Shown here in pieces: positions 21,378 through 32,171 of a stretch of 34,637 nucleotides of DNA (its first letter is position 1; each line of letters begins with the position of its first letter). Where the stretch lies: contig JAUCBJ010003510.1 of NCBI GenBank assembly GCA_032718475.1, forward strand, positions 1 through 34,637, written 5' to 3'. Below the pieces are notes generated by a model. That model was not told where the DNA came from, searched no databases, and was given only the letters and a program-made list of their open reading frames with translations. The stretch comes from Nemertoderma westbladi. Its lineage: Eukaryota; Animalia; Xenacoelomorpha. The position numbers and the translations under genes are program-made.

Positions 21378-22010
21378 ATGGATCGAAAAGGGAAGGGAAA
21401 ACAGTTAAAAAGAAAACAAGTTCAATCCAATGATGATTCAGAGAATGAAGATGGTATTAGTGGGGAGCCTAAAACTAAAGTAGAAAGAAAAAGTAGTTTA
21501 ATATTAGCAAAACCCAATAATAATGAAGAATTAAACAATAAAATAATATCATCAGAAGATCTCTCGAGAATACTCGAGTTCGATAAAGATCTGGAATGCT
21601 CGATTTGTCGCGAGGTACTCATTGAGCCGTTACTTCTCAACTGTTCGCATTCTTTCTGCTGTCACTGCGTGGCAGTCTGGTTGAAACAGAAGCCTAATTG
21701 TCCGGCGTGTCGGGAGCCTGTCCACAAAGCCACGAGATCCGCCGCACTCGACATATTAGTGGGGCAAATCGTCGCCCAACAGGACCGAGCCACTATTCGG
21801 GCCAGAGAGACAGTGCAGAAGAGCCGGAATGTAGATAAAGTTGATCTCCCCAAAGTATGCGATAAGTGCGGCCACTTCGTTGTGGAGGTAAAAAACGAGG
21901 AAGAATATGATGATGCAGATGTGAACGAGATGATTGATGCAGCTCTTGAGATTTCGCGGCAGATTGCTTCTCGTATTGCGGACGTTATTCACAGTTACGT
22001 GACGGAATAA
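21378..22010 (+). CDS. C3HC4 RING-finger protein (RNF8-like E3 ubiquitin-ligase domain), 210 aa, intronless, no FHA domain
   Basis: LECSICREVLIEPLLLNCSHSFCCHCVAVWLKQKPNCPACR has all eight Zn ligands, and the following SAALDILVGQIV...RARETVQKSR resembles the post-RING helix of RNF8. First ATG at 21378, basic NLS-like N-terminus, AATAAA overlapping the stop. Confidence 0.85.
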   Translation: MDRKGKGKQLKRKQVQSNDDSENEDGISGEPKTKVERKSSLILAKPNNNEELNNKIISSEDLSRILEFDKDLECSICREVLIEPLLLNCSHSFCCHCVAVWLKQKPNCPACREPVHKATRSAALDILVGQIVAQQDRATIRARETVQKSRNVDKVDLPKVCDKCGHFVVEVKNEEEYDDADVNEMIDAALEISRQIASRIADVIHSYVTE

Positions 22011-22490
22011 ATCGCGTCTATCCGCCCATTAACAGATGATATAACCTGATTAAATTAGAATAGATAAGTTTGGCTTAATAATATTCGGTCAGATTTCTAA
22101 ATATATTGCCAGGTAGATAAGTTTTCATTCACTATTCAATTTTTTCATAGAATTACCAAAAACAACTAATCTGTGGGTACCGGTACTGCTTTAGAACGGT
22201 ATAAATAAACCCACTACTATAGGACGCCTCGCCACCACAGATCATATCCTCTATATTATAGCGCAATATTATTGCACGTCTTTTTACATATTGTGTGTAA
22301 CATTCTAAATTTAAACTGAGTTTGATGAAGGACTGTTTGTTAAAATATTGCTCGCTAATCATAATTTTCATAATAATCATAACCATAATCAAGTTCGTGA
22401 GAAATAGCTGCGTTATGGGCATTCGAAAGTTCCATGTTTGTAGGCCTATTTTTTTTGCTTCCGCTGCAGGCCACTTATTTCCATTTAATA

Positions 22491-22727
22491 AATATACCAT
22501 ATTCTGGAACATTTTGTTTATCGCATTCGTAGCTGGGCAACAATACAATACCTCTTTAGTCATTAATCATACTATTACGTAGCTAATTCATACATAAAGA
22601 AATGTTATAGAATATGTAGTTTATATTTAATAGAATAAAATAGCCTCGCACAGGCGCAATCCCATGCAACTTTATAATGCTCATATCTCAGCTATTTTAC
22701 AACGAAATTCAGATTGTGTTACATATT
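22491..22727. mobile_element. Diverged internal fragment of the CAC...GTG TIR family seen at 32172-33365
   Basis: Colinear similarity with about 33055-33284 (tattctggaa...cgtagctgggcaacaat...gctcatatctcagctatttt...tgtgttacatattt). Confidence 0.75.
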
Positions 22728-22974
22728 TTTTTTCTATTTGTTATATTGTTATTGGGATATATATTTTTGCTTTATAATACTAATTTGGTTCCGGCTATGG
22801 TTTCATTATGAAAAACAGGAACATAGTCGGCAGATCTATTGACAGCGCTTACTCGTCCACTCTTTATCCCCCGCCATCCTAGTCTTCTCTCGATTCGCCA
22901 CAATCACGTCGCATCGTGAATATTACCAATACAGTAACCCCTACACATTACCCTTACAGTAACTTTTACAATAC

Positions 22975-23235
22975 TGAATGGGAGAATCTTTTAGGCTCGT
23001 TAAGCCAAGGAATGCCTGTTCACCACCATGGGTGATCTTCCACAGTAAACCCTTCCACTCTGTTTCCCAAGTTGCCTTGGTTCCCATTTATCGACCACTG
23101 AAGGATGAAAGCCGGGGTTGGGCTAGGCTGCAGCATTTAAAGCTCTGTGCCCAAACAGTGCCGCCCCATCTAGGGATCGAACCCGGGCTCCCTAATCGGA
23201 AGCACAGTAATGTCACCACTAGACCAAGCTGCTGC
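22975..23235 (-). mobile_element. tRNA-derived SINE, full length
   Basis: Pol III A box TGGTCTAGTGG (23226-23216) and B box GGTTCGATCCC (23183-23173), followed by a non-tRNA body. A second copy lies at 28320-28524. Confidence 0.88.
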
Positions 23236-23999
23236 TTTTTTTAGTTTGTTTTCTACCAGGCTTTTGATTTACAGGCCTCTTACTAACCTGCCCTACAGAC
23301 TGCCATATAATGAATTATATAAGACCCCATGTCCTAAGATAAGAATCTACAGTGGACAGTGGAAATTAGATTCTTCCAGGCTTCCAGATTCTCCATAGTT
23401 GTCGCTATTATTATCATATAGCATGACGGAACGCTGCAAAGAATCAATAATGACCTGGAAACAACTCCAATTACCCTATCCAGAATGTATAATTTCCATT
23501 TAAATTAATGAGTGCTTCTTTATTATCCAGTTTACAGTGACGGGCACGGCATTAGCTACTGTATGAAGATGGATCAAAGATTTATCACATCCATGCAGGA
23601 GACTTAATAGATATCATATAATGAAAGGATGCAATAAACTTTAATTAGATTTAAATGTATGATTATACTGTGTACTTGTTAATAAATTTCACATATATTC
23701 GAAATAGTACATGATTAAAATGTTTAAATGAGCATCCATAAAATTCTTCCTTCACATACCGAACGCTGATAAGTTGACATAATGCTGCATGTCAGGCTAC
23801 TAATGCAGGACAAACGCTGCGAGCGCAGCGAGGGAGGTTTACATAAATAAATAAGGGTCTTTAACGCTGAAAAGTGACCTTTTTAAGCAATGATGTATGT
23901 AATTTTGTTACATTATGTCAACATATCAGAGTTCGGTATGTGAAGAAAGGATTTTATGGATGCTCATTTAAACATTCGAATCATGTACTATTTCGAATA

Positions 24000-25900
24000 G
24001 GCAGTGATTTTTTATGTCCTTTTATTTGACTTTTTTTGTCCTTTTTTTTACGAATTATGCATAATGACTTTTGTTGTCCTTTTAATGACTTTTATTGTCC
24101 TTTTAATGACTTTTTATGTATGTATTTCTTCAAACTGTCAGACTGCTGATTTCTGGACTGTCAGACAGTTGATTTCACTATGCCTGTGCCAAAACATTCC
24201 ATGATTCCATGATTTATAGACTATGAGATAGATTTCCATATGCGCCTGTGGTAAAAAGACTCTATATTTAATAGTTTGTGGTTGTTGTCGATAATCGATT
24301 ACCACATGACGTAGCAAAACACTCATTTTATAGCCAAAAACAATTACCAATTGATGGAAAGGAGCAGGTTAAGGCCGAGTTTTCTAACCAAAACAATAAA
24401 CCGTCACTTTACCAAATCAGGGAAAGGAGCAGGTTACAGAGACGGGATTTTCTAACCAAAACAATAAACGATCACTTAACTAATTGAAGGAAAGGAGCAG
24501 GTTACAGAGGCGGGATTTTCTAACCAAAACAATAAACGATCACTTAACTTATTGATGGAAAGGAGCAGGTTACAGAGGCGGGATTTTCTAACCAAAACAA
24601 TAAACAGTCACTTTACCAAATCAGGGAAAGGAGCACGTTACAGAGACGGGATTTTCTAAACAAAACAATAAACGATCACTTAACTAATTGAAGGAAAGGA
24701 GCAGGTTACAGAGGAGGGATTTTCTAACCAAAACAATAAACGATCACTTAACTTATTGAGGGAAAGGAGCAGGTTACAGAGGCGGGATTTGCTAACCAAA
24801 ACAATAAACGATCATTTAACTAATTGAGGGAAAGGGACAGGTTACAGAGGCGGAATTTTCTAACCAAAACAATAAACGATCACTTAACTAATTGAGGGAA
24901 AGGAGCAGGTTACAGAGGCGGGATTTTCTAACCAAAACAATAAACGATCATTTAACTAATTGAGGGAAAGGGGCAGGTTACAGAGGCGGGCCTTTCTAAC
25001 CAAAACAAAAAACGGTCACTTTACCAATTCAGGGAAAGGAGCAGGTTACAGAGGCGGGATTTTCTAACCAAAACAATAAACGATCATTTAACTAATTGAG
25101 GGAAAGGGGCAGGTTACAGAGGCGGGATTTTCTAACCAAAACAATAAACGATCATTTAACTAATTGAGGGAAAGGAGCAGGTTACAGAGACGGGATTTTC
25201 TAACCAAAACAATAAACGATAACATTACCAATTGAGAGAAAGGAGCAGGTTACAGAGGCGGGATTTTCTAACCAAAACAATAAACGATAACATTACCAAT
25301 TGAGGGAAAGGAGCAGGTTACAGAGGCGGGATTTTCTAACCAAAACAATAAACGATCACTTAACTAATTGAGGGAAAGGAGCAGGTTAAGGCCGGATTTT
25401 CTAACCAAAACAATAAACAGTCACGTTACCAAATCAGGGAAAGGAGCAGGTTATCCGTAATACTACTCAGACAGTAGTCATGATCCATTATTGACTATAA
25501 AACTAATATAGTAATAGGCCTAAAGTATGTGAAAGGTATATCCACATTTTCCACAATCCTGCAATCCAGTTTGGCCTATCAATTATTTAAAATTTATTAG
25601 CACAACCGGTAGGCCTACCATTACCGTATTTAAATGGTAGGCTACACAGTAGGCCTATAGCAGTACCGGTGCCGGTACCGGTACTAAAATACAGAAATAC
25701 CTGCTTTATACCTACATCTGTACATACAATACAGCAAAATAGTGCTATATATACTAATACCGGTACTGATAGCCTGAGAGAACAGCAGTCAGGCAGTAGA
25801 GAAACCGGTAGCATGGAACCTAACATTAGACTTTTGGAGGACAAAAAAAATAAAAAAAAGGACAAAAAAAGGATTTAAACGGACAATAAAAATTATTGCG
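24000..25900. mobile_element. Non-autonomous Mutator/MULE-like element with about 50-bp imperfect TIRs and a 9-bp TSD, carrying a satellite
   Basis: TSD TTTCGAATA (23991-23999) and TGTCGAATA (25901-25909). TIRs at 24000-24050 and 25850-25900 contain TGTCCTTTT motifs. Confidence 0.7.
24331..25453. repeat. 68-bp tandem repeat, about 16 copies
   Basis: Unit GGAAAGGAGCAGGTTACAGAGGCGGGATTTTCTAACCAAAACAATAAACGATCACTTAACTAATTGAG, starting at 24421, 24489, 24557 and onward. Confidence 0.96.
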
Positions 25901-25995
25901 TGTCGAATATAAGTGCAATTTATTAACAGGTACACTACGGTCAGACGGTGGCTGAAAGCGGCCAAACAATATTAATTAAGCGTTTTTTTTTTTAA

Positions 25996-26064
25996 TTTCA
26001 ACCCGGGTTGAAAATAATATCAACCCGGGTTGAAACTAATATCAACCCGGGTTGGAAATAATAT
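25996..26064. repeat. 22-bp tandem repeat with palindrome TCAACCCGGGTTGA, 3 copies
   Basis: Directly visible. Reverse orientation of the array at 29652-29813. Confidence 0.9.
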
Positions 26065-26065
26065 T

Positions 26066-26158
26066 GTCTGTCTCCGACAACCCCTCCCCCGGCTCCGACC
26101 ATACCATCGCCACGTCTGTCTCCGACAACCCCTCCCCCGGCTCCGACCATACCATCGC
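26066..26158. repeat. Direct duplication, period 48 bp
   Basis: GTCTGTCTCCGACAACCCCTCCCCCGGCTCCGACCATACCATCGC occurs twice. Confidence 0.9.
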
Positions 26159-26265
26159 GAACATTTTTAGAGCATTTGATTCGCCCAGTGGTTTTTTGAT
26201 GACCATGCTCTCAATTTTACTTTGGTTGTAAATGTCTCCTTGACCTTGACCAATTTTAAACTTCA

Positions 26266-26703
26266 CTATAACAACTTTAGTCGTTGTAGTTGGTCGGCCT
26301 CGGCCTGTCGGCCCTGGCCCAGGCGTGAGTTACGACGACTGGAACTCAGACCAGCAATGATGGGCCTATGCATGCGGGAAGACGTGCTGGTCGATTCGAA
26401 ATCGTCGTCGTCATGAATGTCACCGGCACCAGCAGTTACCGGTACAAATAAGCCTCCCGCTCCCTGTAGCGGGGCGCCATCCGCTTCTGCGAATGGATTA
26501 CCGGTAACAGCTGCTTCGGGTTCTCGTTCACGGCTTTCACGCCTATTATTCATCTCGATCTCGTTTACACGGTCGTTGATGGCTCTCCTTAAATCGGATA
26601 GTTCTTCCCTTCGCTGCCTAGATAAGGGTCCTGATAATATCATTTCATTTAATTCAAAATAAAGAAGGCCTACCTGCCTATGCCCTACCGTACTGCAGTG
26701 CAA
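26266..26703 (-). CDS. GC-rich ORF or exon of unknown function (helical N-terminal part, acidic/Ser-rich C-terminal part)
   Basis: Local GC island with a protein-like translation (RREELSDLRRAINDRVNEIE). No recognisable domain. Confidence 0.35.
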   Translation of the reverse strand: MHCSTVGHRQVGLLYFELNEMILSGPLSRQRREELSDLRRAINDRVNEIEMNNRRESREREPEAAVTGNPFAEADGAPLQGAGGLFVPVTAGAGDIHDDDDFESTSTSSRMHRPIIAGLSSSRRNSRLGQGRQAEADQLQRLKLL

Positions 26704-28319
26704 ATCAGCAGGTACCGGATAAGGATAAGGACAGAAGGAAAGGATAACCTATTACTACAGTAATTATAACCTATGCCTGTATGCTGCTATGCCAGTACAG
26801 CAGTCTGGCACTGGCAGTACTGCAGTATATCTGTACTCTGTATGTGGAATTTCGGACATTGCATCTATAGGGGCTGTTGCGCTGTCAGTCAGAGAGGTAA
26901 CAGCCCATGGGGTAAGGATTTACCCATGGGGCGCTTACTATCAGATAGTCTGATACCAACTGTCAGACAGTCTTTTTCAACTATCAGATAGATGATCGCC
27001 CAGTTACAAGTTGCCCGATAGTTGTATTTTTTAAACCCCGAGTGTTGTTGACGGAGTCTGTTACTTCCGAAATCGTGGTGCCGGTGCCGGAATTCTGGCT
27101 TTGATTAAAAACACTGAACTGCTGAACGATGGCGGAATCTACGAAACCCGGCCGGATTCCTAATCCGAGGAGGCGACGGAGTCAATTACACGTAAACAAT
27201 GAAACAATCGCGATGGACAATGGAGTCTATTCAATGTATCGAGAACGATACGATGGCGACGGAGTCTATTACAGTATTAAACACGCAACCAAAGCGATCA
27301 GACGATGGCGAAGTAATCTACAAAACAGAGAACGACAGGAAGGCGATGGAGTTTATTAAACCCAGTAAGATGGTGCATAGCAGCATAGCGAAGCGATCGA
27401 GACGGATAACGGAGTCTATTACAGTATTAAACCTGGAACGAAGACGGTGGAATCTATAGGCCTAAACCTGGAACAATGCGAACAAGGCTACTGTAAAGTT
27501 AGACTAGACTGGTTTGTGAGATTAACTTGCCAATACTAAACTCAATACAAGTTGCTTTCTTCGAATTCCTTCTTCTCGAAGTCTTGTCAATGTATAAGAT
27601 TGCTAAAGACTAAAGAGCTAACTTTAGGAAAATCTGCCTTATATTTTTAGAATTATTATAATTAATTTTGTTATGTATATAATGAATTGTATCTTTTGAC
27701 AGACTACTTGATGCGCGACCGTGATAATAAAATTAAATGGTGCCGAAATATTTTCACTTAACTGCAGGTAGGGTGGGGGGGGGGGGGGGGGGGCGCAATC
27801 AATATTCTTCCCTCTCCAGGTGAAAATCGACGCAAATAACAGCTTGTTTACTACTAAAATAAAACTGCATCCTGTTCTATAGGAAAAAACATTATAGGGG
27901 GGGAAACTTTAGCAAGTTGTGTTTATTTTAGCCGATAGACAAAGATTACATGTTTGCCAAGTTTGGTATAATTTAGTCAAAGATTGAATGAGTTACGATT
28001 TTAAATTATCAGTGGAGGGTGAAGGCGGTGGGCCAGGATTCAGTTATGTTTGAATAAAGAATAGTGATTAAACCAAGGGATACGCGATATATGACACTGC
28101 TGTATAAGTTCATTGAATGACTGTTGATTTCGAAACATTTAATTCAAAACTATATAAATGTTTATATAATGTTGGATTTTTTTTTTGTAATAATTAACAA
28201 ATGAATTATATTTCATTAATTTATTTTTTTATCTAATCACATTATTAAATAACGAAGCACAGAAATAATACCAAGATTGAATATTGAATTGAGGGTACAG
28301 TACCGAATTGAATATTTGA

Positions 28320-28524
28320 ATGGGGGAATCTTTTAGGCTCGTTAAGCCAAGGAATGCCTGTTCACCACCATGGGTGATCTTCCACAGTAAACCCTTCTTC
28401 CACTCTGTTTCCCAAGTTGCCTTGGTTCCCAATCGACCACTGAAGGATGAAAGCCGGGGTTGGGCTAGGCTGCAGCATTTAAAACACTGTGCCCAAACAG
28501 TACTGCCCCATCTAGGGATCGAAC
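28320..28524 (-). mobile_element. 5'-truncated copy of the tRNA-SINE with a 13-bp TSD
   Basis: Truncated within the B box. ATTGAATATTTGA is duplicated at 28307-28319 and 28525-28537. Confidence 0.9.
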
Positions 28525-28641
28525 ATTGAATATTTGAGATTGCATAAGATAAGAGCATTGAATATCTTCGGCCGTCATCCCGTTGGTGACTCTATTCTGC
28601 CATTGGCAACCATTTCGACAGTTTCGATTGGTTTCGGCTCT

Positions 28642-28971
28642 TCAGTGCCCGAATAGACCGATGATCGGCGTGGTTGCTGTCCCCATGACTGAGGCTGCAA
28701 TACCAACCAAAATTGCAATTTCCACTAGGCGCTGGAGCAGAAACTGGTGTGACCGCGGTTCGTGGGTGGCTCTGTGGAGACGATCCCCGATCTCCCGGAG
28801 GAAGGTGGATGTCTCTGGACCAGGGCGGCCAAAGGTCTCAAAGGCCATGGGGTGAAAGAAATGGCCCGGTCCATTAGGTCGCGATACTTAGAGTTTTAAT
28901 GCGCTCCGCCCCCTCAGCTGAGTGCCCCCCAGCAATGATGGTTTGTTGAAGGTGGCTGGGGGACAGTGGAT
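28642..28971 (-). pseudogene. 3' fragment of a CRE-like (restriction-like endonuclease) non-LTR retrotransposon
   Basis: PLSPSHL...KYRDL...PMAFETFGRPGPETSTFLREIGDRL...FLLQRL...AASVMGT, with frameshifts. Confidence 0.78.
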
Positions 28972-29651
28972 CTAGTAATAATTAACGCAAACTGGCAAAG
29001 ATATGATTAGGTAGGCCTACGTGATATTAGTTTCTCAAACCAAACCTATCCATCCATTGACCGTCCAAATATATCCAATTTCTCAATCCATACTAATCAG
29101 TCAGTATGCAGTATGTAATAATGTACACTGTAATGCTATACCGGTAATATCAATGTCCAACCAAACAATGCGTTGAATGTTATCGGACCAGCCGCCAAGA
29201 AATGTTAGGCTAACGGCACCTCGCTCTGTCGCATCAGTTTTTGTAGTGGTCTAGTTCCAGGCTACCAGAATCCGTTAGGCCTAGTGCATGATATAGAATC
29301 AGCACATCCTGACATCTGTGCAACTCCTGAACTCACGCGAGCATTTTACATATGGTCTTCTACCACGAAACCGTGTATTATTTACAGATGTAGGCTAAAT
29401 TTCGGGTCATGTACCGTGCACAGTACTGGTGGGCCTACACAGCTACTGCTATTTTGCCTAATACAGGTCCCAGAGGTAAATCCTTACCCCACGGGCTGTT
29501 ACCTCTCTGACTGACAGCGCAACAGCCCTCTCTCCATTGCATTGCTGCATTGGCTGAGTGATACCTACATATATATATTATATTTATATTTCCCGCCACA
29601 CCTCATCAACAAAAGAGTTCATAGAACGAATTGTCATTGGTCACATGCAAG

Positions 29652-29813
29652 TATTTTCAACCCGGGTTGATATTATTTTCAACCCGGGTTGATATTATTT
29701 TCAACCCGGGTTGATATTATTTTCAACCCGGGTTGATATTATTTTCAACCCGGGTTGATATTATTTTCAACCCGGGTTGATATTATTTTCAACCCGGGTT
29801 GATATTATTTTCA
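29652..29813. repeat. 22-bp tandem repeat (TATTATTTTCAACCCGGGTTGA), 7 copies
   Basis: Directly visible perfect array. Confidence 0.96.
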
Positions 29814-30091
29814 TAATATCGATTAAGCCGAATTTTTTTTTACAATATTTTGATATTTTGACATGTGGAGAGTTCTATAAATTTTGATTTGCTGCAATTT
29901 GGTCAACGGACGTAATTGTAGCCGCCTCGTTAAGTAAGATACAAAAGTACAGTAGCTAGGGTTTTAGGTAGGTTTAGCTAGTAATTTCAACAGTACAGTA
30001 CATGTCAACTAGTGGTTTCGACATCCTATTTCCCTCTATAAATAAATATTTTATAGTAGGTAGTTCTTTACTAGTACTATTAGTACTCTAT

Positions 30092-31432
30092 TACTATGTC
30101 CTGGATAGTGTCGTTATTCAAGTACCTGCCCCCCCCCCCCCCCCAAAAAAAATTTGTTTTTCTGCAAATCTTAACGAGATTGCATGAAATTTGAAACAGA
30201 GATAGTTTCACCTCCTTCCTCCTCCTTGCTGGGTGAACCAGAATTTATATTTTCGCTTTCATTCTTTTGCTACAAGCGTTTGAAAAAGGTGTCTCTGGCG
30301 ATATTTCACAGGTCACAGTGCAATCATTCTTCAACCTTATAGTCGAGTCAATCTAGCAAAAAACCCATAAGTATTTCGCAATTAATCCGAACCACATATT
30401 TTGGATTCTATATTATCTTATTAATGACCAAAAAAAGTCTACAAATTTTTTTTTTGCGGATCATATGTTTATTCATGGAAATTCTGCGTAAATTTGCATA
30501 ACACAAGCCAAACAAAAGGAACAGTAGGGAAAAGTAAGTAGCAAATTAGTAATGTTCCAGAATAATTTAATTAATTTCACAATAAGCTGTGATTCAATGG
30601 GATATTAGTAATATTTACACTGGCGTGTTACACCTTACTTGCTATATCTCGGAAACTAGAAGTCGCATCAATTTTTTAAATATATCAGAAACTTCACGAT
30701 ATATTAAGGTAACTGTTGTAAAAAAATTATACAATTCCACCGCAAGGAAATTTCATAATTTCCATTAATGTTAGGGAAGATTTTTCACATAATTAAATTG
30801 TGATTGCTCTATTGATTTTAGGTGTAATTTATTTATTTGTTTTAGTTGAGAAACCACAATAGTTTATCATAAACAAATAAATTTTTTGGGGATAAGGGTT
30901 TTTGAGGTCGATAAATCCGATGGGCGAGGTTACATCCACCCGTTTAGTAGAGAAGTTGTGTAAATAAGTATTGTACCTGTATTGTACCAGCGAAATTGGT
31001 ATTAAAAATTGTTAAATTATTAGACAAATTTCCGTTGCTCTGGAAACTAAATTGGTAACTATATAGAAGTTGTCTGTACCAAATTTGGAGAAAATCCCAC
31101 CAATAGACCCCTTGTTGCTATGTAAAATCCATGTTGCTAAGGAAATAAACATGAAATTGAAGGTGATCCGCATAATATATTTTTATAGACTTTTTTGTGG
31201 GTATTAACAAGGTAATTTAGAATAAAAAAAAACTGGTTTGGACGAATAGTGAATTTGTTATGGGTTGACCCCCTTTTTCGGCTAGATTGACTCGCCTATA
31301 GTGATTTGATGGTACCAATAGAAAGCTGCCCATGCAAGGATTCCAAATATGTAACATAATCTGAATTTGGTTGGAAAATAGCTGAGATATGAGCGTTCAA
31401 AAGCTGCATGGTTTTGCCTCTGCATGAGGATA
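30092..31432. mobile_element. Diverged left part of the CAC...GTG TIR family, split by a nested insertion
   Basis: 30092-30341 plus 31297-31432 are colinear with 32172-32538. Confidence 0.72.
30342..31296. mobile_element. Nested non-autonomous TIR element with a TATA target duplication (termini can also be read TAG...CTA, Academ-like)
   Basis: TATA|GTCGAGTCAATCTAGC...GCTAGATTGACTCGCC|TATA with about 120-bp imperfect arms. The empty site with a single TATAG is visible at about 32402. Confidence 0.8.
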
Positions 31433-32171
31433 GGGATAGTTATATAAAATATAGGATAGGGTGCTACTTTGTAAGTACCATCTGTAACCACTAATATTGG
31501 CCTTGGGGAAGTTTGGCATCGACGGTTTTTTTAAATGGCTTCATGTGCTAATAATATTGGTCGATGATTCTATAATATTGGCAACCAGCCGGGAGTGACT
31601 AATTGAGAAGCTGAATAAGTTATTTAAGAACTGCGCTGAATATGGAATGGTAATAAACGCTAAGACAACCAAATTTATTTTATTTGTCTCGTGTGACGAA
31701 TCTGACAGGAATGATATTGTTCTAACAGCGCCACAACAAAAACAGATTATTATTAAAAACTGTACATAGTTTACTTGAGCTCGGTACCAGTTCACCATTC
31801 ATTTACTCAAAATGGAAGACTTATTTCGGTTTTCATAATCCAAATATCTGAAAAAACAAACACATTGCAAAGTTTTATGGTTTATTAAATAAACACCCAT
31901 TGATGCCAGTATCTTTGGAACTGTTAGTTTTCCGTGCGGCTATAATATCTGCTATTTTCGAGCAGCAGTAAATATTGGCTCGGTTCCAAGGCAAAGAAAC
32001 TGATAACTACAGTAAGTATAATAAGATGCTTTGTACCTGTTTGGGAGTACGTCCTAACACTTGCCGTTACTTGGTGTACATTGAGTCAGGTTTCCCAACA
32101 CCGGCGTCATTTATTCTAGAACAGCAAACTCGGTTATTTGGATTCCATGATGTTGGAGCCTCACCTGCATA

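Larger units (their letters stand above)
23669..25935. mobile_element. Fold-back (long inverted arm) element whose right arm is interrupted by the 24000-25900 insertion
   Basis: Left arm 23669-23784 pairs with 23911-23999 and resumes pairing at 25901-25935. Confidence 0.75.
26871..29528. mobile_element. Putative TIR element defined by 54-bp near-perfect inverted repeats, containing nested SINE and CRE fragments
   Basis: 26871-26924 (GGGCTGTTGCGCTGTCAGTCAGAGAGGTAACAGCCCATGGGGTAAGGATTTACC) is inverted at 29475-29528 with one mismatch. No clear TSD. Confidence 0.6.

Noticed and set aside
23160-23235. tRNA gene
   Set aside because: A and B boxes are present but there is no acceptor stem, and the sequence continues into a repeated SINE body.
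26950-26965. TCTGATACCA, resembling an initiator-Met primer-binding site
   Set aside because: It is explained by the local palindrome TATCAGATAGTCTGATA, and there is no LTR or gag-pol context.
28591-28657. Hammerhead-like string on the - strand (GGCA-CUGAAGA-GCC-GAAA-CCA...UGGU-UGCC) at the CRE fragment stop codon
   Set aside because: Stem II is absent, there is no unpaired H17, and the other CRE copy lacks the motif. At best it is a degenerate relic.
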